Assembly: GCF_006345805.1 (NCBI RefSeq)
Contig: NW_021833898.1
Coordinates: forward strand, 1-53,661
Origin: Octopus sinensis
Lineage: Eukaryota
Reading direction: 5' to 3'
DNA length: 53,661 bases
The position numbers and the translations under genes were made by a program. Numbering within the stretch: the stretch's first letter is position 1; each line of letters starts with the position of its first letter. Below are positions 1 through 13,308 of this stretch, in pieces. The notes under the pieces are model-generated. The model was not told the origin of the DNA and searched no databases. It saw only the letters and a program-made list of their open reading frames with translations.

Positions 1-310
1 TGTTGCCCTGTCCCTAGCCATATTCGGTTGGCTAATATCCCTTATATTACGGAGCATTCACTGTCTATATCTCATTTAGAGAATTACTGTGTATTGCTAT
101 ATATATTATATATATATAGACATATATATACACATATGCATATATGTAAATAATATACGGGTGCGTAAGATATTTGAGGACAGATGTTATGTTTATAAAA
201 AACATATGTAGTAACAGATAATTTTATATATCAAAAAATGTCAGGGAGAAATAAAAATAACCATTGTTTTTTCTATTATGTTATTAAATAAAGCGTGCCC
301 CTATATCGCT

Positions 311-520
311 TGTGTGTTGCGTCTGTTTTTTGCCCCTACTATCGGCTTGTTGGTGTACTTACGTCCCCGTACCCTAGCGTTTCTGCAAAAGAGAGACCGA
401 TAGAATAAGTACCAGGCTTACAAAGAATAAGTTCCTGGGGTCGATTTGTTCGACTAAAGGCGGTGCTCCATCATGGCCCGCAGTCAGTCAAATTACTGAA
501 ACAAGTAAAAGAATAAAGAA
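311..520 (+). mobile_element. SINE family B, 3' half only
   Basis: GTCCCCGTA..TAGCG..CAAAAGAGA.ACCGATAGAATAAGTACCAGGCTTACAAAGAATAAG..CTGGGGTCGATTTGTTCGACTAAAGGCGGTGCTCCA..ATGGCC..CAGTC..ACTGAAACAAGTAAAAGAATAAAG matches the tails at 18640-18823, 46680-46955 and 51490-51695. Confidence 0.8.
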
Positions 521-527
521 TAACGAA

Positions 528-800
528 GGCATACATACATACACACATAAGATACCTTTCAAACATACATACATACAACACATACAATACACTCATACAA
601 TACATACAACACACATACATACATAAACACAGCATGCATACATACATACATACGTACATACATACATGCATACATACATACACACATGCATCTTACTTAC
701 ATACATACATGCACCCATAACATGCAAACATAAGTGCATGCACATATACATACACCCGTACGTCACATCCATCATAACATACAAGCATAACATACATACA
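528..800. repeat. Degenerate (CATA)n microsatellite
   Basis: Direct reading; source of the MYVC/HTYI ORFs. Confidence 0.9.
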
Positions 801-1154
801 CGCGGTAAAAATCTCTATTTACCACCCCTGGCTTCTCACACTTCGCTACCATCTTCCGTATGATGGAGGCTATAAACGTAAGGTTCGGGCAATTTTTCGA
901 AACACGCCATGATCGGTTGTTCAATATCTTGTGTTCTTGGAAATATTTGGCGTTCAATTTCCGATTATTATTCCGTAGCCATGACTACTCATATGCAGGC
1001 TGCCATAAATAATTTAACATCCTGTACAGGAAGCTGGCAAATGGTGCAAATAACAAAGTTGATAAATAACATAGAGGCTTCCTTTTGATTTCCATAATTG
1101 TGGTAAATTTAAATATATCCCCACTTCTTATTAGGATAATAGATGAAATTGTAT

Positions 1155-1545
<391 letters not shown>

Positions 1546-2186
1546 TTTAGTTATACACAACTAGATTCAGCAACCTTCTTTGCTATCCTCGCAATTTTTC
1601 ATATGGATAAAATATGTATTTCCGAATTTTGTTATCAGCCATTTCCCTCGTCAAGTTTTCTGCAATAATTATAATTCCTGTTGTACAATTTTTGCACTGA
1701 CGAGAACGGTGATATGTAATTAATTTAATTTAATCAAATTAATTCTAATTATTCTACCATGTTATTTACATGTTAATATCGTATGCATGTATTAAAATTC
1801 TTTATATATTTCACCATCTCTTCTCCATTTTTAACACACTTGTTGAGTTTCTATGGGATAGCTTTCCATAAATTCTTATAACACGCCATAAACATGGAAT
1901 AATAATTTCATATTCGCAAAAATCTTACCAGCTAAATATGAAGAATCTTTGTTAGAGATCGCCCTTTAGAACCCTTTAGAAGTTATGGATGAAATAAATT
2001 CAATAAAAGTCAACCTCTCCATATATATATATACATGTAATATATATATATATAGACATACATACATATATTTATATACTATGTGAAAGAGAGAGAGAGA
2101 GAGAATTTGTGCATGCATACACACACACACGTAGGCACATATATGATATATGAATACACATTATATATACAGACAGACGGGGAGAA

Positions 2187-2187
2187 T

Positions 2188-2286
<99 letters not shown>
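2187..2286. repeat. (GATA)n microsatellite
   Basis: Long, essentially perfect GATA array. Confidence 0.95.
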
Positions 2287-3825
2287 CGTTGTATTCTATT
2301 CAAAAATTGCAACCGTGTGATTCTTATCGTACTGTCGTCCACACGAAACTGTTTTACAATTTCCTCCTGTTCCTTCCTATTTTTCCTCGAAGACGGTCTT
2401 GTCTTGAGAACATTGAAACATAACATTTTTTTCTTCTATTTCTATTCAATGTATAAGTAAGAGTTATATTCTGTCTCCAGCTTTTTACATTGATTCTCAT
2501 TTTTTTTTTTTAGGATTGTGACAAATAAACTGTTTGCCCCTCCACTCGCCCATGTATGTTTGGCCATTTATTCCCCTGTGAAAATTACTGCTGCTCATTA
2601 ACAAATAATGTTATTAATCCTGCTGAGAGCCCACGCAACCTTCTCTCCTAGTAAACCAGGTTCTGGGTGGGAGCCAGGCCTTCACCACCGAGTCTTGATT
2701 TATACTAGGTTGCACATAAATACTAACAGCTACTGCCTGTCCTTTAAATTTCGTATGCCGAAGTATACGAGTATAATAGATTAAGCTGTTTGATTAATCA
2801 GTTGAAAGGCAATAATTAGTCGTAATTATAAACTCCATCAATAATGTGTCTAACGATTATTCGCATTAGCACAAATATTCTCAACATTACTATACAGTGA
2901 AGTTCGTTAGGCGTGACATCTTGCGTAATCTTCTTATTGCATTGCCCTGGATTCACCCACGCCTTGTCATTGAAACTGGATTGAGGGAAACTGAGAGGAA
3001 GCTTATCGAATGGATTGTATCAGTAATTTGAAATCCAGGCTTACTTCCGGTTGTGGCAATTTGTTTCCTCCTGAAAATTATGTTTAGTGTAGACGTAACG
3101 GTGTAACGTCCAGTCATGTACACGTTTATTTAATTCAGATTATCAAACACCCAAGAAATAGTCATCGAAACCGACGGAGATCCATTCTCTTTCCTTACTT
3201 ACTTTAACACAATGTTGTAAATTGGTGACTGTGTGCATTTTACTGGCATTGAAATAGAAACACAATCTCATGACGATTTGATCTCAAAATATGAAGGGAG
3301 GCAACTACATGTCACAAGGTATTTTGTTTGATATTACTGATGCGTTTGACTTCCCTGTTCATGTAACCATTCGTAAAAATGAGCTGAGTGGAATCCGGAA
3401 TACGGCCAGACACGGGAAACAGCCGGTATTAAACCTTCGAGTTGTGTTCCCCTTATCTAATCAATGCTTTCACGCTGTGACACCAAAATTCAATTGACTG
3501 AGTGTTCTTGAATGTTGAGTACCGACCTCAAACTACCCCTATTTCAAGTAACCAGCCCATCATCTTGGTACTAGCCTGAACCGGGTTTCATATACCACCA
3601 CCACAACTACTACCAGCCGTTCAAAAATTCGAACCTGGAGATCTCCATTTCCAGCGACTTCGAGGGGCACCTCCCAGTGCTGTCGGGCGTCAACGAAGAG
3701 CCCTCGACTACAACAAGACGACCAAAGTTTTTTTTTTCAAGGTCTGGGGTCTCCCGCTTCTAAGCCCTAGACCATCACCTAATCCCCCTTATCCGTCTTG
3801 TTGCCTAACAACAACAACTACTACT

Positions 3826-3865
3826 ACTACTACTACTGCTACTACTTACTACTACTACTACTACT

Positions 3866-3907
<42 letters not shown>

Positions 3908-3945
3908 CACCACCACCACCACCACTACTACTACTACTACTACTT

Positions 3946-3991
<46 letters not shown>

Positions 3992-4010
3992 GACTACTGC
4001 TACTATTTCT
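3826..4010. repeat. (AAC)/(ACT)/(ACC)n trinucleotide array
   Basis: Direct reading; explains the poly-Y/L/T ORF at 3798. Confidence 0.95.
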
Positions 4011-4597
4011 ACTTCTTATAAAGCACGGTGGCGAGTTAAGTTTTATGAGTTAAGATGAAATAAATCTTCCAGGTTACATCTGTGTTTATTTGAAGTAAAT
4101 CTTATACTTACCCTCGATATGTGCATACGATTCCAAGTTTAACCAAGATAAGATGAACTGGCGGGATTAATCCGAAATCACTAATGCCAGGTTCAATCGT
4201 TGCAGATATCGACTTTCAATATGATTTGATCAAAAATACAGCCGACTGGGCTACTTGTTTCCTATACTTGGTTACAGGCAGATCTCTTCGCTATGGGTTC
4301 CGTCTTTTACATGCTTAAACGAAAGAAGCTGAAAGAGAACAGCGAGGAAAGATGAAACATCAACGGCAGAGCTCAGATGCGTATTAATAAAGATATACAT
4401 AACACTAGATGTTTGTTTCATAATTCAAATCAATATTTGGACAATAAATCTTGGCTACATCAAGTTTTGACAATATTATTGCAAATAACTAATGATGTAT
4501 AGACGATAAAACAACGACAAAGCACTACGTACAGGATACATGCCATTATTTACATGGAAACGGAGGGGGACAAGGGGGGAGGAAGGGGAGGGGTGCT

Positions 4598-4712
4598 GGA
4601 GGAGGAGGAGGAGAAGGAGAAGGAGAAGAAGAAGAAGAAGAAGAAGAAGAAGAAGGAGGAGAAGAAGAAGAAGAAGAAGAAGAAGAAAAGAAGAAGAAGA
4701 AGAAGAAGAAGG
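4598..4712. repeat. (GAG)/(GAA)n purine trinucleotide array
   Basis: Direct reading; explains the poly-R/K/E ORFs. Confidence 0.95.
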
Positions 4713-4914
4713 AAGGCGGTGGCGATGATTCCGAAATAGGAAATGTTAGTCTTTGGTTTGGAAGGTATAAAAAAAATATTATTTATTAAATATATTCCAT
4801 ATCTGAAATAATAACTCTAATAATAACGTACGGTTGACGTAGTTAATGTATATAGGAAACCAGTCAAACAAAAATGTCCTCTCTTTCAATACACGCACAC
4901 ATATACATACATAG

Positions 4915-4959
<45 letters not shown>

Positions 4960-4960
4960 A

Positions 4961-5776
4961 TAAGCAATAAAGGGTTTAGCAACGAATTGCCTTACCACAG
5001 ACCGAATTGAAATAGCAGTCAAAGAGTTTATAGCTATTTCTTCTACTAAAAAGGGAGATCTCATTAAAACACAGCAATTGGAAGGCAGACACAAACAGGT
5101 AAGAGAGAATGAATTGACGGCAATCTATCATACAATTTTAAGTTATCTACGGACGCACGTTTCGAAATCAAGTTTTTAGGAAAGCATAAGAATTAAATAT
5201 TAAATAATTCTACCTTACCCAAACTTCTTTTCTCTTCAGCGTAGAATACTATAATCATAATGATTATATATTGATTTTGAGATACTAGAAGGCACCAACT
5301 CAACTCAGTATCAGAGCGAGCTAGAATCCCGCACTAGTATCACCAAATTCAAAGTGTGAATGAAAAGATTGTGTCACCAGCCCCTTCCCACCCGCGTGTA
5401 GCCAAAACAAGATGCCGTGGTCATCTACTGAGATAAAATATGGTTATCCGTAATATGAAGGTGTAAATTAATTAATTTGGAATAATTATCAATTACCCAA
5501 GTAGTCTTCGGCATGTAAAAGCCTCATTCGAGGAAAATTTAAGTAATACTAAGCAATAAGGGTTTAGCAACGAATTGCCTTACCACAGACCGAATTTAGA
5601 AATAGCAGTCAAAGAGTTATAGCTATTTCTTCTACTAAAAAGGGAGATCTCAGTAAAAACCACAGCAATTGGAAGGCAGACACAAACAGTAAGAGAGAAT
5701 GAATTGACGGCAATCTATCATACAATTTTAAGTTATCTACGGACGCACGTTTCGAAATCAAGTTTTTAGGAAGCAT
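4961..5776. repeat. Direct duplication of a ~227-bp unit (4961-5187 and 5550-5776)
   Basis: TAAGCAATAA(A)GGGTTTAGCAACGAATTGCC...GGACGCACGTTTCGAAATCAAGTTTTTAGGAA(A)GCAT present twice; differences are mostly small indels. Confidence 0.9.
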
Positions 5777-5785
5777 GTGCCTGAT

Positions 5786-5840
<55 letters not shown>

Positions 5841-6491
5841 TAAGGGTAGAAATTGATATTATCAATTAAGACCAGTGGTCTAGCATATTAAAAAGAATCC
5901 GAAGATTAAAATATTTATATATACCAATTAGGACTGAACACGAAAAGTGGACAGTCAACATGCTAGATATAGACGTCAAATCGCCATTCACCACAAAAGA
6001 TTATGTTCTCAGATCAAACTCAACACAAAACCACTGGTCTTAATTGATAAATATCAATTTCTACCCTTAATTAATTTTATATAAATAAATATGTTCTCTA
6101 ACCGATAAATTAACTGCTGCTAATTATTAGCTGCAGGCTAGTTTTCTCGGGTTCCAACGCGCCAAAGTAAAGGCATTTGAAAGATATATTCAAATGTAAT
6201 AGGCTGAACTCCATGCACCGCGATATTTCGGTATCGTGTTTGCATCTAGTCCAGCAAATTACATTTATAACGGACCAAGCTGATGATGGCTGCAGTTTTC
6301 CTTGCGGAAAATAACAGCTGAAACTAATTTAGTACATGGGTAATTATTTTATTTCGTATATTTTTCACTTGTTTATTGCTATGGTTTGTGTTGAGTTTGA
6401 TCTGAGAACATAATCTTTTGTGGTGAATGGCGATTTGACGTCTATATCTAGCATGTTGACTGTCCACTTTTCGTGTTCAGTCCTTAATTGG

Positions 6492-6523
<32 letters not shown>

Positions 6524-6534
6524 CAGGCACATGC
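5773..6534. mobile_element. Nested inverted-repeat locus, probable Penelope-like element (pLTR) remnant
   Basis: Three inverted pairs: 5773-5785/6522-6534, ~5828-5879/6030-6083 and ~5918-6032/6383-6497; (TA)n flanks; hammerhead-like core at 6280-6324. The PLE assignment is inference. Confidence 0.5.
6280..6324 (+). ncRNA. Hammerhead-ribozyme-like core (degenerate)
   Basis: CTGATGA-T-GGCTG-cag-TTTTCC-ttgc-GGAAAA-taa-CAGCT-GAAAC: both conserved core boxes with a well-paired stem II. Stem I/III pairing is not convincing. Confidence 0.4.
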
Positions 6535-7083
6535 CGTTAGTAATTACTCAGGGTAGTCAGTTGGTGATCATTATGCAGTAAAACACACAAAATATATGCG
6601 AAGCAGCCGCACAACTGAGTTGAAAGCAGACTAATTTCTGTCTTTAGAGCAAGTAAAGAAAACGATGTTGTAGGAGTGTACACAGTACGTGTGCTACAGC
6701 AGTTCTAGGCGTAGCTTAAAAACTGAGATTGGAAGGCCGAGGCGAATTATGCCTACCTAATCTACAAAAAAATAAAATATTTTGCATTTTAGGTATAGTA
6801 ATCATAATTTTATTGAATTAGGTGCATATTTCGCCATAAAAGGAAAATGTTGCTATCGATGTATTTTATTCAAAGTAGGCACTGCTTACCTTGCGCCTAC
6901 CTAGGTGACATGTCCCTTATATGTATGTGTATATATATAACATGTATGAATATATATATATATATAAATGTATATATATATACATGTGTACATATGTATA
7001 TATATATACATATGTATATATGTATATATGTATATGTATACATATGTATATATGTATATATATATATATGTATATATATATAT

Positions 7084-7240
7084 GAAGAAATGAGGTACTC
7101 AGAAAATCGGAAGGTTTTATATTTACAGATATTTATTTGAATATTACATGTTTTTATACATCATATAACTTAGATCATGTTTTCTGAGATTTTCTGAGTA
7201 CCTCATTTCTTCTTTTTTAAATACCTGTACATCATCTCCA
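7084..7240. mobile_element. Short (TA)n-embedded element with a 25-bp perfect inverted repeat
   Basis: GAAGAAATGAGGTACTCAGAAAATC (7084-7108) versus GATTTTCTGAGTACCTCATTTCTTC (7188-7212); TA arrays on both sides. Confidence 0.6.
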
Positions 7241-7260
7241 AACCTTCCAATATATATATT

Positions 7261-7295
<35 letters not shown>

Positions 7296-7364
7296 GCAGT
7301 CAAAACTACTGAAAAGTTGCAAGACGCAACGAAGTTTTAGAAAAAATAATTTAAGAAATAAAAT

Positions 7365-7481
7365 TTACCGGTGTGTGTGTTAAGTAATAAGGCACCAAAA
7401 GAGAATGACGCTCCACAGACGCAGCAGAATATGCTTCAACACACGAACTCACATAAAGAATCTTGCAAACCAAATCCAAAA
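7365..7481. repeat. Dispersed ~117-bp repeat, copy 1 (copy 2 at 20557-20673)
   Basis: TTACCGGTG.GTGTGTTA...AAGGCAC.AAA.GA.AATGAC...CAGAATATGCTTCAACACACGAACTCA.ATAAAGAATCTTGCAAACCAAATCCAAAA in both. Confidence 0.85.
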
Positions 7482-8026
7482 ATTACATATATATATGTGT
7501 GTAAGTAATAATACTATATACTTGAGTTTCGAAAAATCTTCTTCTTTTTAAAGTTTACTCAGTAGTTCTTCCATTATGGAATTGATCAAGTTTGAAATTT
7601 AAAGTATATTTCAAGGTGGGGGTGGCAAATTAAAACATATTGTCAGCGAATGATTGATAAAGATATTGGTTGTGATATAAAGCATGTCAATTCACGTCGC
7701 AGTGATCCTCTACCAAAATCAGAAACGAATAAATAAAAGCCAGAAGCGGTTGAGCGTCCGACAAAATTCTTTACAGTATTCCTTTAGCTTTTTAATTTTC
7801 TCATTTCAAATCTCTTCGAAATAAAGCAGCTTCGTATTCTTTAGAAGACAATGGAACAATGTCCGACTCAGGTGTCTCCACTCTAATCCACTGTCACCCT
7901 ACCATCACCATTGTTGGCCTTTAACCTTATATAGAAGCATTTGATTTATTTGTCACTAATTTGTTTTCTAGTTGCAATTAATCCAATATACGACATAGAA
8001 TATTATTGCCATGGGGCAAATTATAG

Positions 8027-8585
8027 CAGCGTTTTCAAGCAGGGTTCCCCGGAACCCTAGGTTTCAGCGAGAAGGAGTGAGATAAGCTAGTGCTAATTTC
8101 ATGATCGTAATATCACCATACATGCACAACATATGATTGGTTATTATAATATTGCAATATAGATATCATCCTATTTAACTTATTATGTTATCAATAAAAT
8201 ATAACAACTTGATCCTCCATAAATCCAAAATTTTATTTTGTTACATATGGGAGCAACTGTCTTCGAAGACTCATATTGTCCTTCAATGCTCGAAATGAGG
8301 AGTAGAGAGACAGCCGACAACTGATGAAGGGTCGTTCCTTATGTTACTTGTCCTGCTTTCCATTTGCTTCTTTCGTTGTTTGCTGTTGGTGACGTCCTGT
8401 ACCCATATATGCATACGTATATCTATCTATCCATCTATCTATCTATTTATATATATATGCATATATATATAATACACACACACATACAAAGGTATGGTAT
8501 ATATAATCTTTTTGGTGCAGGGGTTCCTTGAGACGTAATTTATTTTAAGGTTTACGCAAGGATAAAAAAAGGTTGAAAAACACCG
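8027..8585. mobile_element. hAT-type MITE with an 8-bp TSD and a nested insert
   Basis: Ends CAGCGTTTTCAA... and ...GGTTGAAAAACACCG (imperfect TIR), subterminal GGGTTCC motifs, flanks AATTATAG (8019-8026) and CATTATAG (8586-8593), a 7/8 match. 8-bp TSDs are typical of hAT elements. Confidence 0.7.
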
Positions 8586-8696
8586 CATTATAGGTCAGTA
8601 AGTTACTGGAAGTTCGATCGTGCGACAGTTCCGTTTCTTCCTTAGAAATATGATATTTTCAGAGACCTAGAAGCTATTTATATAAAGGTGGCGAAA

Positions 8697-8912
8697 GGCG
8701 ACGAACTGGCATAATTGTTAGCACGCCGGGCAAAATGCTCAGCGGTTTTCCGTTCGTTTATATGCTCTCTGTTCGAATTCCTCTGGCGTCGATTTTGACT
8801 TCCATCTTTTCGGGATCGATAAAATATGTACCAGTTAACACTGGCATCGATGTAATCGTCTCGGCCCCTTCCCTTAAAAAAAATTTCAGCCCTTGTATCT
8901 ATATTAGGAAAC
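8697..8912 (+). mobile_element. SINE family A, diverged copy (a further 3' fragment lies at ~8985-9115)
   Basis: GGCGACGAACTGGCATAATTGTTAGCACGCCGGGCAAAATGC head; GTCGATTTTGACTTCCATCTTTCGGGATCGATAAAATATGTACCAG resembles the Deu/Nin-like domain of the other copies. Confidence 0.7.
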
Positions 8913-10744
8913 ATGTTTAAAATGTTGAGCATTCAGATAGCACAACGGACAAAATTCATAGATGTATTTCTTCCGGTTCTTTTCCAGTTCAAATATCATT
9001 CAAGTTGACTTTGCCTTTCATCCTTTCGCGGTCGATACAATAAAAATCTCTGTGGTCGATATAATCGACGAAATTCCGCTCCTAGAACTGGCCCTGTGCC
9101 AAACTTGGAAAGCATCGTTATTATCATTATTTAAAAGACAGCAAACCAGGCAGAATCTCTTAAGCTGTAATTACTTAACAAAATTGCAGGAGTCGGTCTT
9201 GTTAAGTACAGAAGCTGATTTAATCGCCTAACCCCTTCCTCCAGATTTATGGCCTTGCGCTTTTGTAGAAATGATTATTATTATCATTAAAAACAAAAGT
9301 AGTCATTAAAAACATAAAAGAAACCATTACCAGCTTCATTATTATTAATATTATATATATTATCTCTACTGTTATTATCTTTATATCACCAACATATTCT
9401 TTACTGTATACTTAAGTCTAAACAAATTAAGTTATTTTCTTCTTATTAGTAGCAGCAGTATATATAGCAGCAGAGACTTAGTAAATAAAGAATAATAAAA
9501 GAAAAAACAGAAGATACTATTGTAATTCTTACTATCATCAGTAGCACTATCTTTATTACAATAATCACCATTATCATAATCATTATCGGCATTATGCAGA
9601 ATCGATTTTTTTCCTAAGCGAAGAAACGCATTTCTTGACAAATTGTTTTCTTATTCTCACACTAAGAAAACCGTAAACAGAAACAAAATAATAATATATA
9701 AATATGAATACATAATACATAAATATATAAAGATATAAATACATAAATATAAAGTGAAAATCAGTAAAATGTAAATGCTATTCATTCAGTTTTAAGGAAT
9801 GAATAGAAAAGAAAAAATATATATATATACGACCTACTACATAAAAAGCGCAAATAAAAGAGAGAGAACAAAATTAAAATATCGGTAGAAAATGGTAAAT
9901 AATACATTAACAAGATATGAAGACGAACTTCTCGTGATGAATTATTAGAAACTGGAGTTGGTGACAGAACAGTTTTTATCAAATAGTTGTCTATAACTTA
10001 TCTTTTAAAAGTGTTTTTGTTCAGTTAGTTTTTGAGTTGACACGTAAGGCGTTGGGGAATGTGTATCTTGTCTTTCCTATTTCACCATGTTCAAAAACAA
10101 TTCGAAATATACATACAGTCATACAGTTATATTGTTATTTATATGTCATTTCGATTGAATTCGGTTTTGAAATTTGATGGATACAAGAGAGAAAGTGGAG
10201 ATGGCAGTATCAAAAATGGCAGTTTGTTCAACCTTTTTTTTAAATTCACACAAAGCTGTAAGTCATGAGGTTATTCTCCCCGAGGATCTTTCTCACATTG
10301 ATGATATAGTGTTAGGAGCGTATTGTGGCGACAAACTTCACGAATAGTCTATTCTGTTGTTGGTTATCAAAGCTCCAAACACCATTCAGTAAGATTTGAA
10401 CAAGAGACTCGTCTAACTTGGAGCCTTCACCACACTGGGTAGTTTTTATTTATTTATCTTTTAATCAAAAGCAAATTATTTCCAAGGAAAGACAGCAGCC
10501 ATCTTGAAAAGTTGTACAATTATCTTTAAATCAATAACAAATCGTCTACAATGCCACAGAAATGTTAGACATATATACCAAATGTCTCCGAAAGCTTACA
10601 GCATCCTCTTAACAATTCCCGGTAGACACGATTCGTTTCACTTAGTTGTGTGGTAGTCAGTGGTCTTTTTTTAGCCCTCAAAGTTGTGTTTTTAATTCAA
10701 AACTGTAATATACATAGACACGCACACACACATATATATATAAT

Positions 10745-10987
10745 TTTCTGTTTGTTTCAGTCACTGGACAGCGGCCATACCGAAGCAATATCTTGAAGTG
10801 TTTTATTCCAACAAATCTGCAACAATACATTTTTTTCTACCGAGTACTTATTCTATTCGTGTCTTTCCCCACGAAATGCTAAGCTATACCAGTCAAGTGA
10901 TAAAGGGGGGCAATCATAAACTCAGTCTCACATAGTTATATATACATGCGTAGATACACATGTATATATATATATATATATATACAC

Positions 10988-11018
<31 letters not shown>

Positions 11019-11045
11019 GTATATATATGTATGTATATATATATG

Positions 11046-11123
<78 letters not shown>

Positions 11124-11276
11124 TAGTGGTGTGACAAAGCACCAATGTTTACTGGAAATAGCATTTATACATTTATACTTCAGCCTTTACGGTGCCTTAT
11201 TTTACTGGAAAGTAATACATTTGTATTGCGATATTTTATTTTTCATTGATATATATATATATATATATTATAGATC

Positions 11277-11324
<48 letters not shown>

Positions 11325-11492
11325 TAGTGGTGTGACAAAGCACCAATGTTTACTGGAAATAGCATTTATACATTTATACTTCAGCCTTTACGGTGCCTTA
11401 TTTTACTGGAAAGTAATACATTTGTATTGCGATATTTTATTTTTCATTGAATATATATATATATATATATAGATATATATATATATATATAG

Positions 11493-11539
<47 letters not shown>

Positions 11540-11546
11540 GTATATA

Positions 11547-11628
<82 letters not shown>

Positions 11629-11855
11629 AGATGTGAGGGCCGAAATTCTTAGATTCCTCGTCAGGAATTACTGGTATGAATGATAACGACCTACAAAAAT
11701 ATGCAAAGATGGACTTGTTTCAGTTTTAACTTGGCCCGGGGTGGGGAGCATTGCCGAATAGTCGAAAACACTTGCCCAAGGTGATACACAGTGTGACCGA
11801 AACCAGAAATATATGGTTCGGAGGCGAAGATCTTGTCACAGAGCCACATCTGCGT
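10745..11855 (-). mobile_element. SINE family B (diverged), apparently split: head 11752-11855, tail 10745-10920
   Basis: ACACTTGCCCAAGGTG (reverse complement of the CORE-like CACCTTGGGCAAGTGT) in the head; TTTCAGTCA..GCGGCCAT..AGTACTTATTCTATTCG in the tail. Confidence 0.55.
11121..11450. repeat. Tandem duplication of a 129-bp unit (11121-11249, 11322-11450) separated by (TA)n(GA)n
   Basis: GAGTAGTGGTGTGACAAAGCACC...ATTTTATTTTTCATTGA appears identical in both copies; period 201 bp. Confidence 0.9.
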
Positions 11856-11857
11856 AT

Positions 11858-11909
<52 letters not shown>

Positions 11910-11910
11910 C

Positions 11911-11946
<36 letters not shown>

Positions 11947-13133
11947 GCATACATTATATACACATACATATATACGTACGTACGCCCATGTGCCTACACA
12001 TGTGTGCCCGCTTGTAGATGCACGCACACGTATGTGTGTACAAGTATTGATGTATATACCTGTGTGTATGTGTGTATATGTATACATGCATACACATGCA
12101 TACATATATATTGTGTGGTGTGGGAGAGAATTTTTCTCCTTCTACTGATAAATCATAAACATTTGTTAGGGCATAATTATATTATACACATTGCAGTAAG
12201 TTCATCTCGCCGTGCTATCTCGTGTCAACGTGTCGGATAGGCGTGTATGTGAATATATGTGAAGCTGTCATCGTGTGTACGTATGGATTCCATCTAACGC
12301 GATGTTATATTATTTCGATTTCAAGAAATCATCTTTGATTTCCACACATTCAACATTGGAACGTTATTGAACCATATAAACCATCAACGAGGGAGCTTCT
12401 AAGTTGTTGCCCTATTTGCCAGAAATACCAGCCAAATATTCCTCAAATTCTATTTGAAACCGATGATGAGATAGTAACGGCTGATATGCTTTTGATAATT
12501 TTTATTTTTATGAAAGCCATTTTGTTGAAAATAAATTTTAGGATGTGGATATTTGTAACTGTCAATGGAATTTGTATTTCTCATAACTTAGTTAATGAGA
12601 ATTTATGGATATAAAACTAACTTGTAGCAATGGTTATAAATTATAATTTTCTTGTGTTTCTAGTTGTGATCAGCCATTCTCCAACAACCAGAAATGTTGT
12701 TTTGACATCATCTTTCGGAATGATGGATGAGCAAGTATGGATAGTTGATTTTGCCTTTGAATATTATATCTCCATAATCTTTTTAACACTTTTAAAATGG
12801 CTGCTCTATGCGTTTATTTCTTTATGTTAGATTTTAATGACAGAATTTTTAAAAGAAGGACATTATATTTACAGGTAGAAGATTATAATAGAATATGATT
12901 TAACATATCAAACCATATAAATTTGAACATTTTCAAGTTTTAACTTTGTATGGTTCTAACAATGCACCATATTCTGATCTTATACCAGAGATTAAACAGC
13001 AGAATTTCCAGTCGTTAAGACTAAACCATTTGTATTTTCAGTCTTTACTCTTTTGGTGAATTCTCCATCACACTGTCGTTGCAGTTTCTAAGGTTATGGG
13101 TAATTATTTAACACCATAATTATTTTACACGTA

Positions 13134-13264
13134 ACAGGCGCAGTTCCGGGTTCAGTCCCACTGCGTGGTACTTTCGGGAAGTGTCTTCTTTTAGAGCCTC
13201 GACCAAAGCCATGTGAATGAATTTGGTAGACGAAAACTAAAGAGACCCGTCGCGGTGTGTGTGT

Positions 13265-13308
<44 letters not shown>

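Noticed and set aside
2898-3030. Plus-strand open stretch KFVRRDILRNLLIALPWIHPRLVIETGLRETERKLIEWIVS after a CAG
   Set aside because: About 45 codons, weak donor and no recognisable homology; compatible with chance.
4110-4215. Strong minus-strand donor AGG|GTAAGT at ~4110
   Set aside because: No good acceptor pairs with an open frame upstream.
8315-8345. CTGATGAAGG as a hammerhead core
   Set aside because: No downstream GAAA or stem II; a type II arrangement with the upstream GAAA lacks stem III.
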